This document shows positions 45,370-64,000 of a stretch of 64,000 nucleotides of DNA, in pieces (positions within the stretch are counted from its first letter, which is position 1; each line of letters starts with the position of its first letter). The position numbers were made by a program, and so were the translations under genes. The stretch is from the human T2T-CHM13v2.0 reference genome, Homo sapiens. The notes beneath the pieces were generated by a model. That model saw only the letters and a list, made by a program, of their open reading frames with translations, made no database searches and had not been told where the DNA came from. The stretch lies in assembly GCF_009914755.1 (NCBI RefSeq), contig NC_060932.1. The stretch is one strand, 5' to 3'.

Positions 45370-47189
45370 AAGCAGGTGCCCCGCAGCCTCAAAGCTTTCT
45401 TTCAAGTGTACGTGTTGAACCAAGAGTCTCCCCTGCAGCACAACACTTGACAATCATCTCCCAGTGTCAGGCCCATTCAAGGCAATAGCAAAGACAGTTA
45501 TGACTAGATGGCATCTTGTAACGTCTCAGACACTGTGCCTGCTGCCCAGGCCTCCTTGCCCCACCCCAGCATCCAGAGGCTAGACACCCAGACTTCACAG
45601 ACCCTAAATATCAACCAGGCCAAAGGAAGCACTGCTCTGGAAGGCTGTTTCATGGATAAAGCAATGGCCTGTGATAGGCTCAATCCTGTTGCCACATGTT
45701 GTGCATGAGAGGGCCCTGGGCAACACCTTGAAGTGCAAATGAAGTCACCCTAAGAGTGGGGATGTGGCCAGAATAGGACATACCCCAAACAGAAGCCAAA
45801 CTCTCTTCACCTTGAAGACCTCATCTTTAATTGAAGAGACCTGGTTGTATTAGGAAGACACTAACACTATCCTGGAGATCTTCATCAGCTGTCGCATGCT
45901 TGGATGGAATATGAATAGTAAAGCCGGAGCAAACATCGAATTCCCACGTTCCTTCCAGGTAGTCTGCAAGTTGAACTGACATTCTTTTTATAAACTATAT
46001 GGCCAAAATCATTAGTTGTCTCAGTTAAATGGGTGAGTGGCTGTCAAAAAGGGTCTATTGTATCCTAAGATGTCAAGATGATGAATGTGATTCTAAGAAT
46101 AGCAGCAGGTCTCTGCACACGTAAGTCACTTTTAAGCATTATCTATAGTTCCTGTAGCTCTACTGATCAATGCACAGAAACTAAGATAAATTCATCGTTT
46201 TTTGCCAATTGGATCTACCTTTCTAGCCAACTTACTGCATTTGACCAGTGGAAATGAAGCTGTGGGGCAGGAATTCTGAACAGTAATTTGTTACCAGTAC
46301 TAAGGGTGGAACCACCGTTTCTCATGGGCATTGGTAACATTACCAAGGGTTGACTCCCTCATGCCCTAACAACGACAAGTGCACCTGAGGAACCCTCATG
46401 GTACGACCACAGTCTACTCACATTCCTAACTCTAAATGGCACCAGGTCATTTGTGACAGGTGTGTGAGTGAGAATGTGATCACACTCCTAGAAAACAAGC
46501 TCTACAGCAAGGCTGACTGCAAAGGAAGCAAAACAGACATTCAAGAGCAAAGTCCACCACAAGATGTTTTGCCACACTTAATTTTCTGACATTTTTATAA
46601 TATTTCTAGCCTGTGTTTCACTATGGCATTGACACAGCTTGCAAAAACCCTGGCTGCCAAAATACTATTTAGACTACAGGGACCAAAAAATAACTTCTTC
46701 AAAACCTTCTACTTGGCATCCTGGTTCATAAAAGACCTATCCTTTACAGTATGAAAACAGCAATTACATTTAAAGTAATTAGCAGGACATTTGTTGAAAT
46801 ACGTGTTAGTTAACTATAAAACAAAACAACTAAATCCCTAAACATATCTATCTGCACTGACATGCTGTAAGTAAAAACAGTCTACCTGCCTTAGTTGAGG
46901 AGGGGTTATAAATATGACAATCAAAGAAATGAGTGTGGGGAGATAATCGCAGTTAACATGGATGTATTATAACAGTACAACCATCAAAAGCAGGGAATGA
47001 ACAGTGACACAACACTGCCCCCTCTCATCTACACACCCGATTCAGACTTTACCAACTGTTATCAATGCTCCTAATAGCAAACAAACTAGATCTTTCTTCT
47101 TCCATTTCCAGATCCAGCCCATGGCCATGGAGTACATCTATCTGTCACATCTCTTCATTCTCTCGGCAGTTCCTCAGTCTTCCCTTGTC

Positions 47190-48480
47190 CTCTAGGTCTC
47201 TGACATTCTCAAAGGGTACAGGTCAGTTATTTTGTTGAGCATCCTCGACTTGGGTCTGAATGCTCACTAGATTCAGGTGAAGCATTTTTAGCAGCAGGAT
47301 CACAGAAATCATGCTGCTTTCTCAATAATTTGTGTTAAGAGCCACGCAATGTCAGTTAGTCCAATTACTGGTGATGTTAACGTTGATTGCATATGTCAAG
47401 TTTGTCCAAACTCCAGTTACTATTTCTGTCTTTGTAATAAACATGACTTTTGTGGGGACATACTTTTTGGGACTATAAATGATCTAGTTCTTCATAACAT
47501 TTTCACCCACTGGTTTTAGCACCCACTGGTGTTTCTTGCAGGAATAAATTATTACTGCGGTGGCTGCCAAATGGTGATTTTCTAATTCTAAGGTTCTTTC
47601 CTATGTTAATTATGAGTTTACTGTTGGAAGAACTTTCCCCTCTTGCCTATGTACTCAGTTACCTCACTATGGATGCAGGAGTTTCTGTTATTCAGTGGAT
47701 TATATTCATTACTAGCATTATTTATTTTGATGTTCCAGTGATCTCAGATGTGGCTTCTGACATGTCCCCATCTTTCTCTGAGCATACAGCAAGATCTTAC
47801 AGCCTCATCTTGTATTTTCCAAAGAGGCCTGGTTCCTTTTAGTGGAGAATGGTATCTAGAAACCAACATGTGGGAGCTAAATGTGTTCCTCAGTTAGTGG
47901 CATGTCACTGCTCCCAGGCCCTCTGTGTGGCCAGAGCTGGAAGATACGTATGTGCACAGACACACACATACACACACATGCACAAGTGGATTTCTTTCTG
48001 TATCTACATATATTGAAAATAGGAGTTCACACCAATACCATCAATTCTATCCAACAGCACAGGATTCATTCCAGCCTTCACTCTTTCCTTATATCTAACT
48101 CTCTACACCTTGATGGATTTTTTACAAGGTGAACACATGTACATCAAGAAATAAAGCATTACTAGCTCCTCAGAAATCCCTCTTTGTCCCCTTCCTGTCA
48201 CTACTGTCCCCTCCCCTCCAGGATCACTACCACACTGGCATCTAATACCACAGATCAGTTTATTGTGTTTTTGAACTTTTATGTAAATAAAATCATACCA
48301 TATCTACTCTTTTATATCTGGATCTTTCACTCACATTATGTTTGTGCAGTTTATCTACACTGCATATAATTGGAGCTTATTTGTTCACAGTGATGTAAGG
48401 GACCGTGTGAGTATACCACAAAATCCATGCTATTGTTGATGGGAATTTGAGTATATTTCAGTACTATTACCAAAAATTTT
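47190..48480 (-). mobile_element. Ancient L1M fragments
   Basis: Antisense L1MC/ME 3'-end-like motifs (ggtgatgttaacgttgatt..., ttatgtaaataaaatcatac...). Confidence 0.5.
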
Positions 48481-48484
48481 AGAT

Positions 48485-49215
<731 letters not shown>

Positions 49216-49632
49216 AATACTGTCAGTTTTCTAAGGTGGTGATACCAATTTAGAGAATCTTTGAGTGAAAATATAACCAAAAATGAGGAGTAACTATTGT
49301 CTGTTAGCTTCATTGTAGTAGAGCAATAATAACATGAGACGCAGAAAAACGTTCATAATATACCCTTGGGTGAAAAGAACCTGACAACAAAGCTAGGTAT
49401 TCAGCTATATAGAAAACACCCATTTGTTCTGTGAGGGAGGAAGAAGCCTTTTATTTGTTGAACTGAAATGTTATTTTCGTCACTAAAAATGTACATATAT
49501 GACTGACATAACTGGAAAGAACACTCTGACAATACATAAACCCAATTTAAAAAGGTAGTAATATGTATCGAAATACAATTCATCATGCAGTCAGTAGAAC
49601 AGAAGCAGGCTATGAATTGCATGAACATGGTA

Positions 49633-49834
49633 CAGGCTGAGCATCCCTAATCCAAAATGTTCCAGTATCTGAACTTTTTGGGCACCAACATGATGCTCAA
49701 AGGAAATGCTCATTGGAGCATTTTGATTTCAGACTTTCAAATTTGGGATGCTCAACCAGTAAGTATATTCCCGAATCCCAAGTCTGAAACAATTCTGCGG
49801 TCCACAACATTTTGGAGAAGGGCTGCTCCACGTG
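49633..49834 (+). mobile_element. Tigger4a/MER46-like MITE
   Basis: TA followed by caggctgagcatccctaatcc...ctcaaaggaaatgctcattggagcattt, with internal inverted repeats. Confidence 0.8.
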
Positions 49835-50027
49835 CGCAATAGAAAGTGTTAATAGGAGGAAAGCAAGTGAAGCTTGAGTTAAAATACTTCCCTGTGTCTG
49901 ACTTGGGAGGCAAAGGGGTCTACAGGTTTACACAGCAATCTATTTCATCTAATGACCTGCTGTCTGCATCTGCATCAGGTTATCCACATTGCTTCCTTCC
50001 CATGTCCCAGTGATTTTGTTTTCTTAC

Positions 50028-50088
50028 CTCTGCATGAGGAAAAGGTGGTTCTGGAAGATACACCTTACTCTGTTTGTTGTGACAAAGC
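50028..50088 (-). CDS. INTS9: INTS9 short internal exon (61 nt)
   Basis: ctctttaatag acceptor and GAG|gtaaga donor. Encodes (W)[20 protein letters not shown] and is required to keep the frame between its neighbours. Confidence 0.92.
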
Positions 50089-50143
50089 CTATTAAAGAGG
50101 AAAAACACATCAGCATGTGAGGAAGAGCATACGGTGGCATCTG

Positions 50144-50163
50144 TTGCCACCTAGTGGCAGCAG
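50144..50163 (-). promoter_or_regulatory. Candidate CTCF binding site
   Basis: Minus strand tgctgCCACTAGGTGGCAa closely fits the CTCF core CCACYAGRKGGCR. Confidence 0.6.
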
Positions 50164-50443
50164 TGCAAATATTAAATACTGAAGTTTATTTAAAAATTTC
50201 CCGCCAGTGAATTTCACTGTGAATGAAATCCAGTGCCTACAGAGAAGAGATGTATCTTGTATGTTTTTAAACTTTAGAATTTCTCAATACATTTTTTCTT
50301 AAAATATAAACTTGTTATTTTGGAATAATTTTAGATTTAAAGAAAAGCTGCAAAGACAGTACAGAGTTTCCATGGCCTCTTCACCCTATGTCCCCAGAGT
50401 TAACATCTGATATGACTGGCACAGTCGTCAACTAAGAAATTAA

Positions 50444-55287
<4,844 letters not shown>

Positions 55288-55999
55288 TTAATTAGAAACT
55301 CAGTACATGCTGTGTCTATCGGCTACCTCATGACTAAAAGGGATTAAATGCAGCCTAGACTGCCTGTGTCACAGTCCCGGAACGTTTGGGAAGCACCATT
55401 CTAAGGCACCACTGGGGATATTGTAAAAGTTATTTTCCTCTTCTCCCTTTATTTTTGGTCAGGTGAGTTACATTCAAACATGCACCTAAATAACTCTAAA
55501 AAGGTTCACTAATTTCATATTGTTTCATATTTTGCCAACTCTAGGATTTGATCAATTTTCTGATGTAATAAAATTTTGTCAAATATCATACTATTGCAAT
55601 TTTTAAAAATCTAGTTTTTCTTCTCAGATTTGGCACTATACATTTTAGACAACATGAGATTGGGCTTGAAAATTTTTTTAACTTTTAGAATGTCATTTCA
55701 CCTAGTAACAGGCAGAGGGTGACATGTGATAAGTATATAAGATTTTTGTTACCAGTTTTGAAAGTGCTGGGCTAAGGTAAGTCTCTGCCTTGCATTCTTC
55801 CCTCTTTGACAACTATTATTCTAAACTTAGCAATGCAACAGATTTGGCTTTTAATAATGCAATCTTATCACAGACAGAAAAACAACAAAATGAAATTTCC
55901 ACAGTAATGTGAGAAAAAACAGGATTATTTTTATTCTTACTGCTTGAATGTCCTGAATCAAATAAAATTCACACACAAAAAAAAAAACCACGGACATAC

Positions 56000-56180
56000 C
56001 ACTCAGCAAAGATCTGGGAAAACTCCAGTGAACTGTTGGCCACAGGGGAGATGAAGTAGAGGGGGACGCTGGAAAGCCCGGCTGAGTCGATGTACTGATA
56101 TAGGCACTCCAGGAGGTCATAGATCACTCCAGAAGGGTAGCAGGGAACCAACACGTTTCCTCCATTCCGGACTGTCAGAG
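56000..56180 (-). CDS. INTS9: INTS9 internal exon (beta-CASP region)
   Basis: cttttctag acceptor and gtatgt donor. 181 nt encoding (A)[59 protein letters not shown](W). GGNVLVP resembles the beta-CASP start motif of the CPSF73/CPSF100 family. Confidence 0.95.
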
Positions 56181-57387
56181 CTAGAAAAGTGGATGCCAGA
56201 GGAGAAAAAACATCATATCAAAAGGGCAGTGTTATAAAGATAAACTTGTAAAATAAGATTTGCACTTGTTTTCCTACTTCTGTTTTTATGATTTACTTAC
56301 ATGTCTAATAAGCTGCTTCTTTTGAAGAACACATCAAAGCAGGGGATGCTATAGGCTGATAATGATTTTCTCATCATTGTCTAATCTAGGTCCCTGGGAA
56401 TAGAGCATGTGACTACGGGTTTGGGTTTTTACCAATGGCAGCTGAGCTTCAGGACAGAGCCTCCAAGCTCCTTCCCGTTTTAGATCCTGCTCAAAAATTT
56501 GCTGGATTTGTCTCTGTTCAGTCTCTGACCATGGCTGAATGACCTATAAGAAAATAGGCCGAGTTTTTCTGTTTGACTAACGTTTGTCTGCAGGAGTTAG
56601 TAGTATTTTCTTTCATTAACATTTGTCTGCAGGAAAATCCCCTATACTTTAAGTACTTAGGCTCACCTAGATGCTATAACTTGAGGGCTGGTGGACTTGC
56701 TATTACTAGAGTATGGTACTAGAGTAGGATACAGTGGAGAAAATCAACATCGCTGGTCATAGCTCAAGAGCCTGTCTCAAATCCTACCTTTGTCCCAACC
56801 CACAGGACCACAGGAAAGCCACTACAACCTTCCTTGGCCTCAGTTTCTGCATCAGTTACATGAAAAGAATGAATTAGATCAGTAATTTTCAAGCTTTAGT
56901 TTGCGTGGAAAATGCCAGAGAATATGTTGAAAATGCAACTTTTCTTCTGGAAGTCTCCTTTCCCCAGAGATTCTGACTTACTAGGTCTAAGGTAGGGCCC
57001 CCAAATTTGCATTTTTAATAAGTAATCCCATTGGTCTTAAGGGAATGCGGTTAGTGGACCCCACTTTGGGAGACTGAATTAAATGTAAGGTTCCTTTCAA
57101 GCCTAAAGTTCTTTGAGTCTGTGATTCTAGATTATAAACAAACATACAAACCAAGACTCTATTTGAGATTAGTCCAATTATTTTTCTAAGGTACAAATAA
57201 ATTACCTTTGCATTAGTATCAAAGAACAAAAACAGACTATGTTTATTAGCATGGCTAAGTTTAATTTCTAAGAACAGTGCCTTCCGTGTAAATATAAGAT
57301 GACCACTTCTTCTTCCTAGAGCAGAAGTAATATCACTTAAAGTTGCTGGAGCTGAAGGTCTGAGCTCATTAATACCTCTTTGGTAGC

Positions 57388-58037
<650 letters not shown>

Positions 58038-58734
58038 GTAACCAACCTATTTGTCTAAATGAGAAGCAGAACTTCCAGATTTAGTGACAGTTATATCCGA
58101 AGGAAAATAAATTTCTTCCAGGTAGAAAATGCCCCATACCTCTCTTAATTTAGCCTTTCCTCAAAAGAAGAAAAAATAAAACCAACCAAATATTAGTGGG
58201 GAAAAAATATACCTGTTTGGCCGGGCACTGTGGCTCATGCCGGAAATCCCAGCATTTTGGGAGGCCAAAGCGGGCGGATTGCCTGAGGTCAGGAGTTCCA
58301 GACCAGCCTGGCCAACATGGTGAAACCATGTCTCTACAAAAAATACAGAAATTAGCCGGGTGTGTTGGCACACGCCTGTAGTCCCAGCTACTCAGGAGAT
58401 TGAGTCAGGAGAACTGCTTGAACCCAGGAGACAGAGGTTGCAGTAACCCAAGATTATGCCACTGCACTCAAGCCTGGGTGACAGAGAAGACTCTGTCTCA
58501 AAAACAAACACACAAACATTCATACATATCTATCTGTTCACTGTATCGCTGCTGTGAGTTCAAAGTGTAACACTCTTTTCTGTGCTATTATTTGCAAAGA
58601 TATACTGCCTCCCTCCTTTGACAACTGCTACCCTGTAAGCACTCCTTCCCCCATTATTGTAAAATATTATATTTATTATTGTAAAATAAATGCAAGATAG
58701 ATCATCCAACGTAAGATGAGAGACGGTTGCACAC

Positions 58735-58846
58735 CTAGGTTGCTGCAGAACTCTCCCACCATTCCATCTGGGTTTGCAGTGGGGATCTGGGTAAGCCCTG
58801 TCAGAACAAGAACATCGCTGTTTTTGAGAGAAGCTTGGTCCATGGG
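58735..58846 (-). CDS. INTS9: INTS9 internal exon (most 5' exon in the window)
   Basis: ttctttttcag acceptor and gtgtgc donor. 112 nt encoding [37 protein letters not shown] + 1 nt, phase-compatible with the next exon. Confidence 0.93.
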
Positions 58847-59225
58847 CTGAAAAAGAACACAGAAATATGGTTAGTAATTTTAAAAGGAACATTACCTACA
58901 AATAGTGAAAGAATACGAGAACACAGACATTGCTCTTTCTACGTTTAACCCATCATCGAGTTCTCTTATGTTCTCTAAGGAATAGTCTGTCCTTAACCAC
59001 TGGCTGCCTAAGTTGGGTGGGGACTGATGGGAGGAGGCAAGAGGGAGCTTTATAAGGGATGAACAAGTTCTGTATCTTCACTGGGGCACTGATTATATCA
59101 AAATTCAGTATTACACATTTAAGATCTTTGTGTTTCACCATATATACATTTTACCTCCATTAAAACAAGGTATCTTGTATTTCTGTAATGCTTTCTTCTT
59201 TTCAAAATGCTATCTCACGTGTCAT

Positions 59226-59403
59226 CAGTGGCTCTCAAGCTTCATGAGTCAGAATCCCCTGGACGGTGTGCTAAAACACGGATTGTTGGGCCCCTCCCAG
59301 AGTTTCAGATTCAGGTTGGGGTGGGGCCTGAGAATCTGCATTTTCACATCTTCCCAGGAGATGCTGCCATTGCCGGCCTGGGGAATCACACTTTGAGAAG
59401 CAT
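59226..59403. mobile_element. MER5A hAT MITE
   Basis: cagtggctctcaa...ggggcctgagaatctgcattt...cacactttgagaagca with degenerate terminal inverted repeats. Confidence 0.8.
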
Positions 59404-60654
59404 ACGTTATAGAATTTGATTCTCAGAATAACTCTGAAGCACAGGAAATAAGCATACACTATCGGAATATGGAATTTAGGACTCAAAGAGGTAAGGAGAT
59501 TTACACTAAGTCCCAGTGGCATAGAAGCCATGAAGAACCCTGGATTGGGAACTAGAAGGTCAAATCTACTCCCAATTCCATGACCAGCCTCATGACCTCA
59601 GTCACAGCTCTGAGCTGGATTTCCTATAAAATGGGGCTATTTCTTGACCCATCTCCCCTAGATGACTTCAGTAAGTCTCTCAGGTTAACATCCATGATCT
59701 TCTTGTGAACTAGGAACTCCCAGGGCACACTACTATGTGATTCTTAGGATGCTGTGTTTTTATTTTTACTCACCACAGCTTGAATGTAATTTTGATTGTT
59801 TTCAAAGCATTTCAAAAAATATTACCCTTTCTAAATAAATTAGGATTAAAATAAGAAACCAAAATGAGGGCCCATGGATTGAGAAGCTGGAGAGCTCACA
59901 GGAGAGTTCATAAAGGTTTCCATCTGAAACACATCCTTTCCTCATCTCCATTGAAAATACCCAGTGGATCGTCAGAAGAAAAAAGCCAGCAACACAGTTT
60001 ACTAAGAAGGCTTACTCCTCTTTTTTCTCTCCCACCCAATTTCGCAGTAAATAAAATTCCAAATAATAGCAAAGTCTCAACATCTGCATTGTGGTCTCCG
60101 AGTAGCTGTGCCTTCAGTATTTTCCTTTCACCTTCTATTATATATAAGCATGGATACATGAGCTTCATTATTTTTTAAATAACACAATTTTGATCTTACG
60201 TTATAAGCGGCTTTATAACCTGAAAAACATTTAATATGGAAACAGAAAAAGGCCAGTGGTGAAGACAGCTATATGTGAATAGCTTCTATTTTCTATTTGC
60301 ACAAGTATATTCACACAAATATGTAAGAGCTTTTTCTCTGCTTGGGCAGAACTCATCTATTTGTACTTCTCCAACAAATACATATGCATCCATTATTTCC
60401 AGAGAAGAGAGGAAGGGAAGTACAGGACAGTGATTCTTAGCAGCAGATGTGTAAGGGGCCTCAGACTGTTTCTCGTGTGCGAGTTATCAACTGCAAGGAA
60501 ACCAGAATGGTGAGAAAGGAACCAAGGCATCAATGGATAGCACAGTTAGCTTAAAATGGCAATCATTTTATATGGACCTTGTTAGAATGAACCAATAATG
60601 ATCCCGAGGGCTAAAGGGAGATGAGGGACTTTAGAGGATCCAGGAACCTTCTAA

Positions 60655-61007
<353 letters not shown>

Positions 61008-61324
61008 TAAATTTAACTGGGTGGTGAAATGGGGCCATGACCCCAAAAAGATGAAGAACTACTGATTCACACTTGAACTCTGACATTTGAGGCTGCAGTG
61101 AGCTATGTTTGCACCACTGCGCTTTAGCCTGGGTGGCAGTGCAAGACTCTCTCCCTCTCAAATAAAACAAAAGACCTACTGATCCAGATAAAAATATATA
61201 ACACAGGTCAGGCTCAGTGGCTCACACCTGTAATCCCAGCACTTTGTGAGGCCAAGGCGGGTGGATCACGAGGTCAGGCGTTCGAGACCAGCCTGGCCAA
61301 CATAGCGAAACCCAGTCTCTACTA

Positions 61325-61549
<225 letters not shown>

Positions 61550-62199
61550 TTAGCATCTTCTTCCTTTGAATGTTAAATGACCACTAACAAACAAACAGAG
61601 GCAGTGCTACAGTACGAATGTCGAATGTCACCGAGTTGGAACCATTGTAAGATACCTCATGATCAGGTCAGACTGGATGTTTGTAATTTTAGCTCTTAAC
61701 TCAGAGACATTTCTCGTTGATTCCCAGGGCTACTGTGATGAAGCAGGCTTAAAAGGCTTTTAGTGACACTCCAAACCAAGCTGACACCTCAAACAACTCC
61801 ATTTCACCACTAAAGGGCAAATGTATAGATTACTGGTGTCAATGACCACTCAATGAGTGCTGCAAACGGGAACATTTTGTTCAAATACACACACAAAGAA
61901 AAAGCCATCTTGTCCAAGTACCAACTTAAAATACCTTACAAAGTTGAAAGTCACAAACAAGTGATTCTTCTTCTTGGTCACTTTGCAAGCCGGGGACCCC
62001 TAGCCAGCAACACCCAACTCGGGCCTCACTCAGCCACATTGGTGTGCTGAGGTCAGTAATACATGGCTTTTTGGCAGATGATGTTTTGCTCCAGTTTTCT
62101 TTCACTCCTTGGCTAAGGAACTTAATACTCAATTTCAACAGCCTGGGTCACTCACTGCCTTTGGAACATCTCCCGGACATCTCTCCCTTCCCCTATACC

Positions 62200-62700
62200 A
62201 AGTTGTCCCTTTAATATGTGCCCTGGGGCATCTAATACTTTCTATCTCAGCACTGATCACTCCAAACTGAAAGTACTATTTACTTGTCTGTGTCCCCCAC
62301 AGGACTCTGAAGCTCCGTGAAGGCAAGAACTTTGTTTCCCTGTTGCCTAGCAAAATGCCTGGCATACAGCATTTACTAAACAAACATTTGCTGAACAGAT
62401 GAATATATAAAAAGAACATGGTCTGGTAGGAAACATCAGAATTTCACACTGGGAGAGTGCAGTGGGAGTCAGGAAGGTGAGGGGAAGCATGCAGACTGCA
62501 GGAGGCGGGAGGGCATGGGCAGGGCAAGGCAGCATGCATATGCCAAATGAATGTACTTGGCCAGGATGGAGAGTGTACTTTGGGCCGGAGAAAGGAGTTG
62601 AGTAAAGAGAGTGCAATTGGTAAAGGGCCAAAAAGGTCAGGATCATGCCCACTGACAGAGCAGGCAGTGAGGAGCCAACAGTCTGAAGCAGCAAATGACA
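62200..62700. mobile_element. L2 fragments
   Basis: L2 3' end motifs gactctgaagctccgtgaaggcaagaac...tgcctggcatacag...catttgctgaa, followed by a purine-rich antisense L2-like piece. Confidence 0.6.
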
Positions 62701-63377
62701 TTCTGGTAACAGCAATTACAGGAGATTTCACCAAAGGAGGTGGGTGAGAGCAAACAGACAGAGAACATTTTTAAGGCCCATATAGCAGTCCAGACAGGAG
62801 AAACAAATTATAATGTCATGGCAGGTGAGGAGATGGAAGCAGCAGATCCACTTGACGGATCACCTGCACCCTGGAGAAAAGTTCTGCATGTACACATCTT
62901 CTCCCCCTATTATAACATCTGTAAATTTCATGTTTCTCCTATAGCCTAGTTAACTCTGTTCCCCAAAGTAGGGGTTTAGGAAATATCACTAACTATGTGA
63001 GGTAATGAATGAACAACTAAACAAATGCACATAAATGGTATACGTTACTTCTGAGAGAAGGAAATATTCTGCAGAGAGAAGCTGTACAGCCAGATAAGAC
63101 AAACAAGATAGCAAGCGTGGAAAGAAACAGGTGGAGGGCCAGTAAATTGTCCAGTCTCCCCCTCCTTGCTTCATGGAACCAACCTCCAACTGATCCATGG
63201 ACTATTAGTAGCTCAGCCTACCTGCCACCCTAGCCCCCAAATATATTAGGTTTAACTTTTACTGTAGAGCTTCCAGATCAGAGCATAGTATTGCAGAAAC
63301 AGCAAAACATTTGGGGAAATTCAGGGGGAAGAAATCATTACAAAAAAACAAAACAAACCTACATAGCAACTGCCTTA

Positions 63378-63563
<186 letters not shown>

Positions 63564-64000
63564 CTAGCTACTCAGGAGGCTGAGATGGGAGGAACTCTTA
63601 AGCCCAGGAGGCAGAAGCTGCAGTGAACTGAGATCATGCCCTTGCCCTCCAGCCTGAGTGACAGAGTAAGACTCTGTCTCAAAACAAACAAACAAAAAAA
63701 AAAACAAAAAAAACCCAAAAAACAAAAACCTTGATACAAGAAATCCAAATTTAAGATATTTTCTTTAGATTTAAGAAACTACATTACTGCCAGTCTTTAT
63801 TTACTTATTTATTTATTTTTGAGACAGAATCTTGCCCTGTTGCTCAGACTGGAGTGCAATGGCGTGATCTCAGCTCACTGCAGCCTCAACCTCCTTGGGC
63901 TAAAGTAAGACTCCCACCTCAGCTTCCCAAGTAGCTGGGACCACAGGTGTGTGCCACCATGGCCAGCTAATTTTTGTATTTTTTGTAGAGATGGAGTTTT

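Overview
Primate (most likely human) genomic DNA, very rich in Alu and L1 repeats. It contains the 3' ends of two convergent genes. EXTL3 is on the + strand: last two coding exons (5292-5420, 12876-13085) and a ~2.8 kb 3'UTR ending near 15905. INTS9 is on the - strand: nine exons from 58846 down to 30368, which I spliced by hand into one open frame of 410 aa plus stop. From recall this is the human 8p21 locus. The ~14 kb intergenic spacer is dominated by nested L1 insertions. I found no convincing novel biological system. The most notable small features are a 5'-only U3 snoRNA retrocopy, a young L1 with a possible short 3' transduction, a near-palindromic CTCF-like site beside an INTS9 exon, a G-quadruplex motif at a weak splice donor, a 51-nt hairpin and a template-switch-like microduplication. 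Repeat family names come from remembered consensus sequences, and repeat boundaries are approximate.
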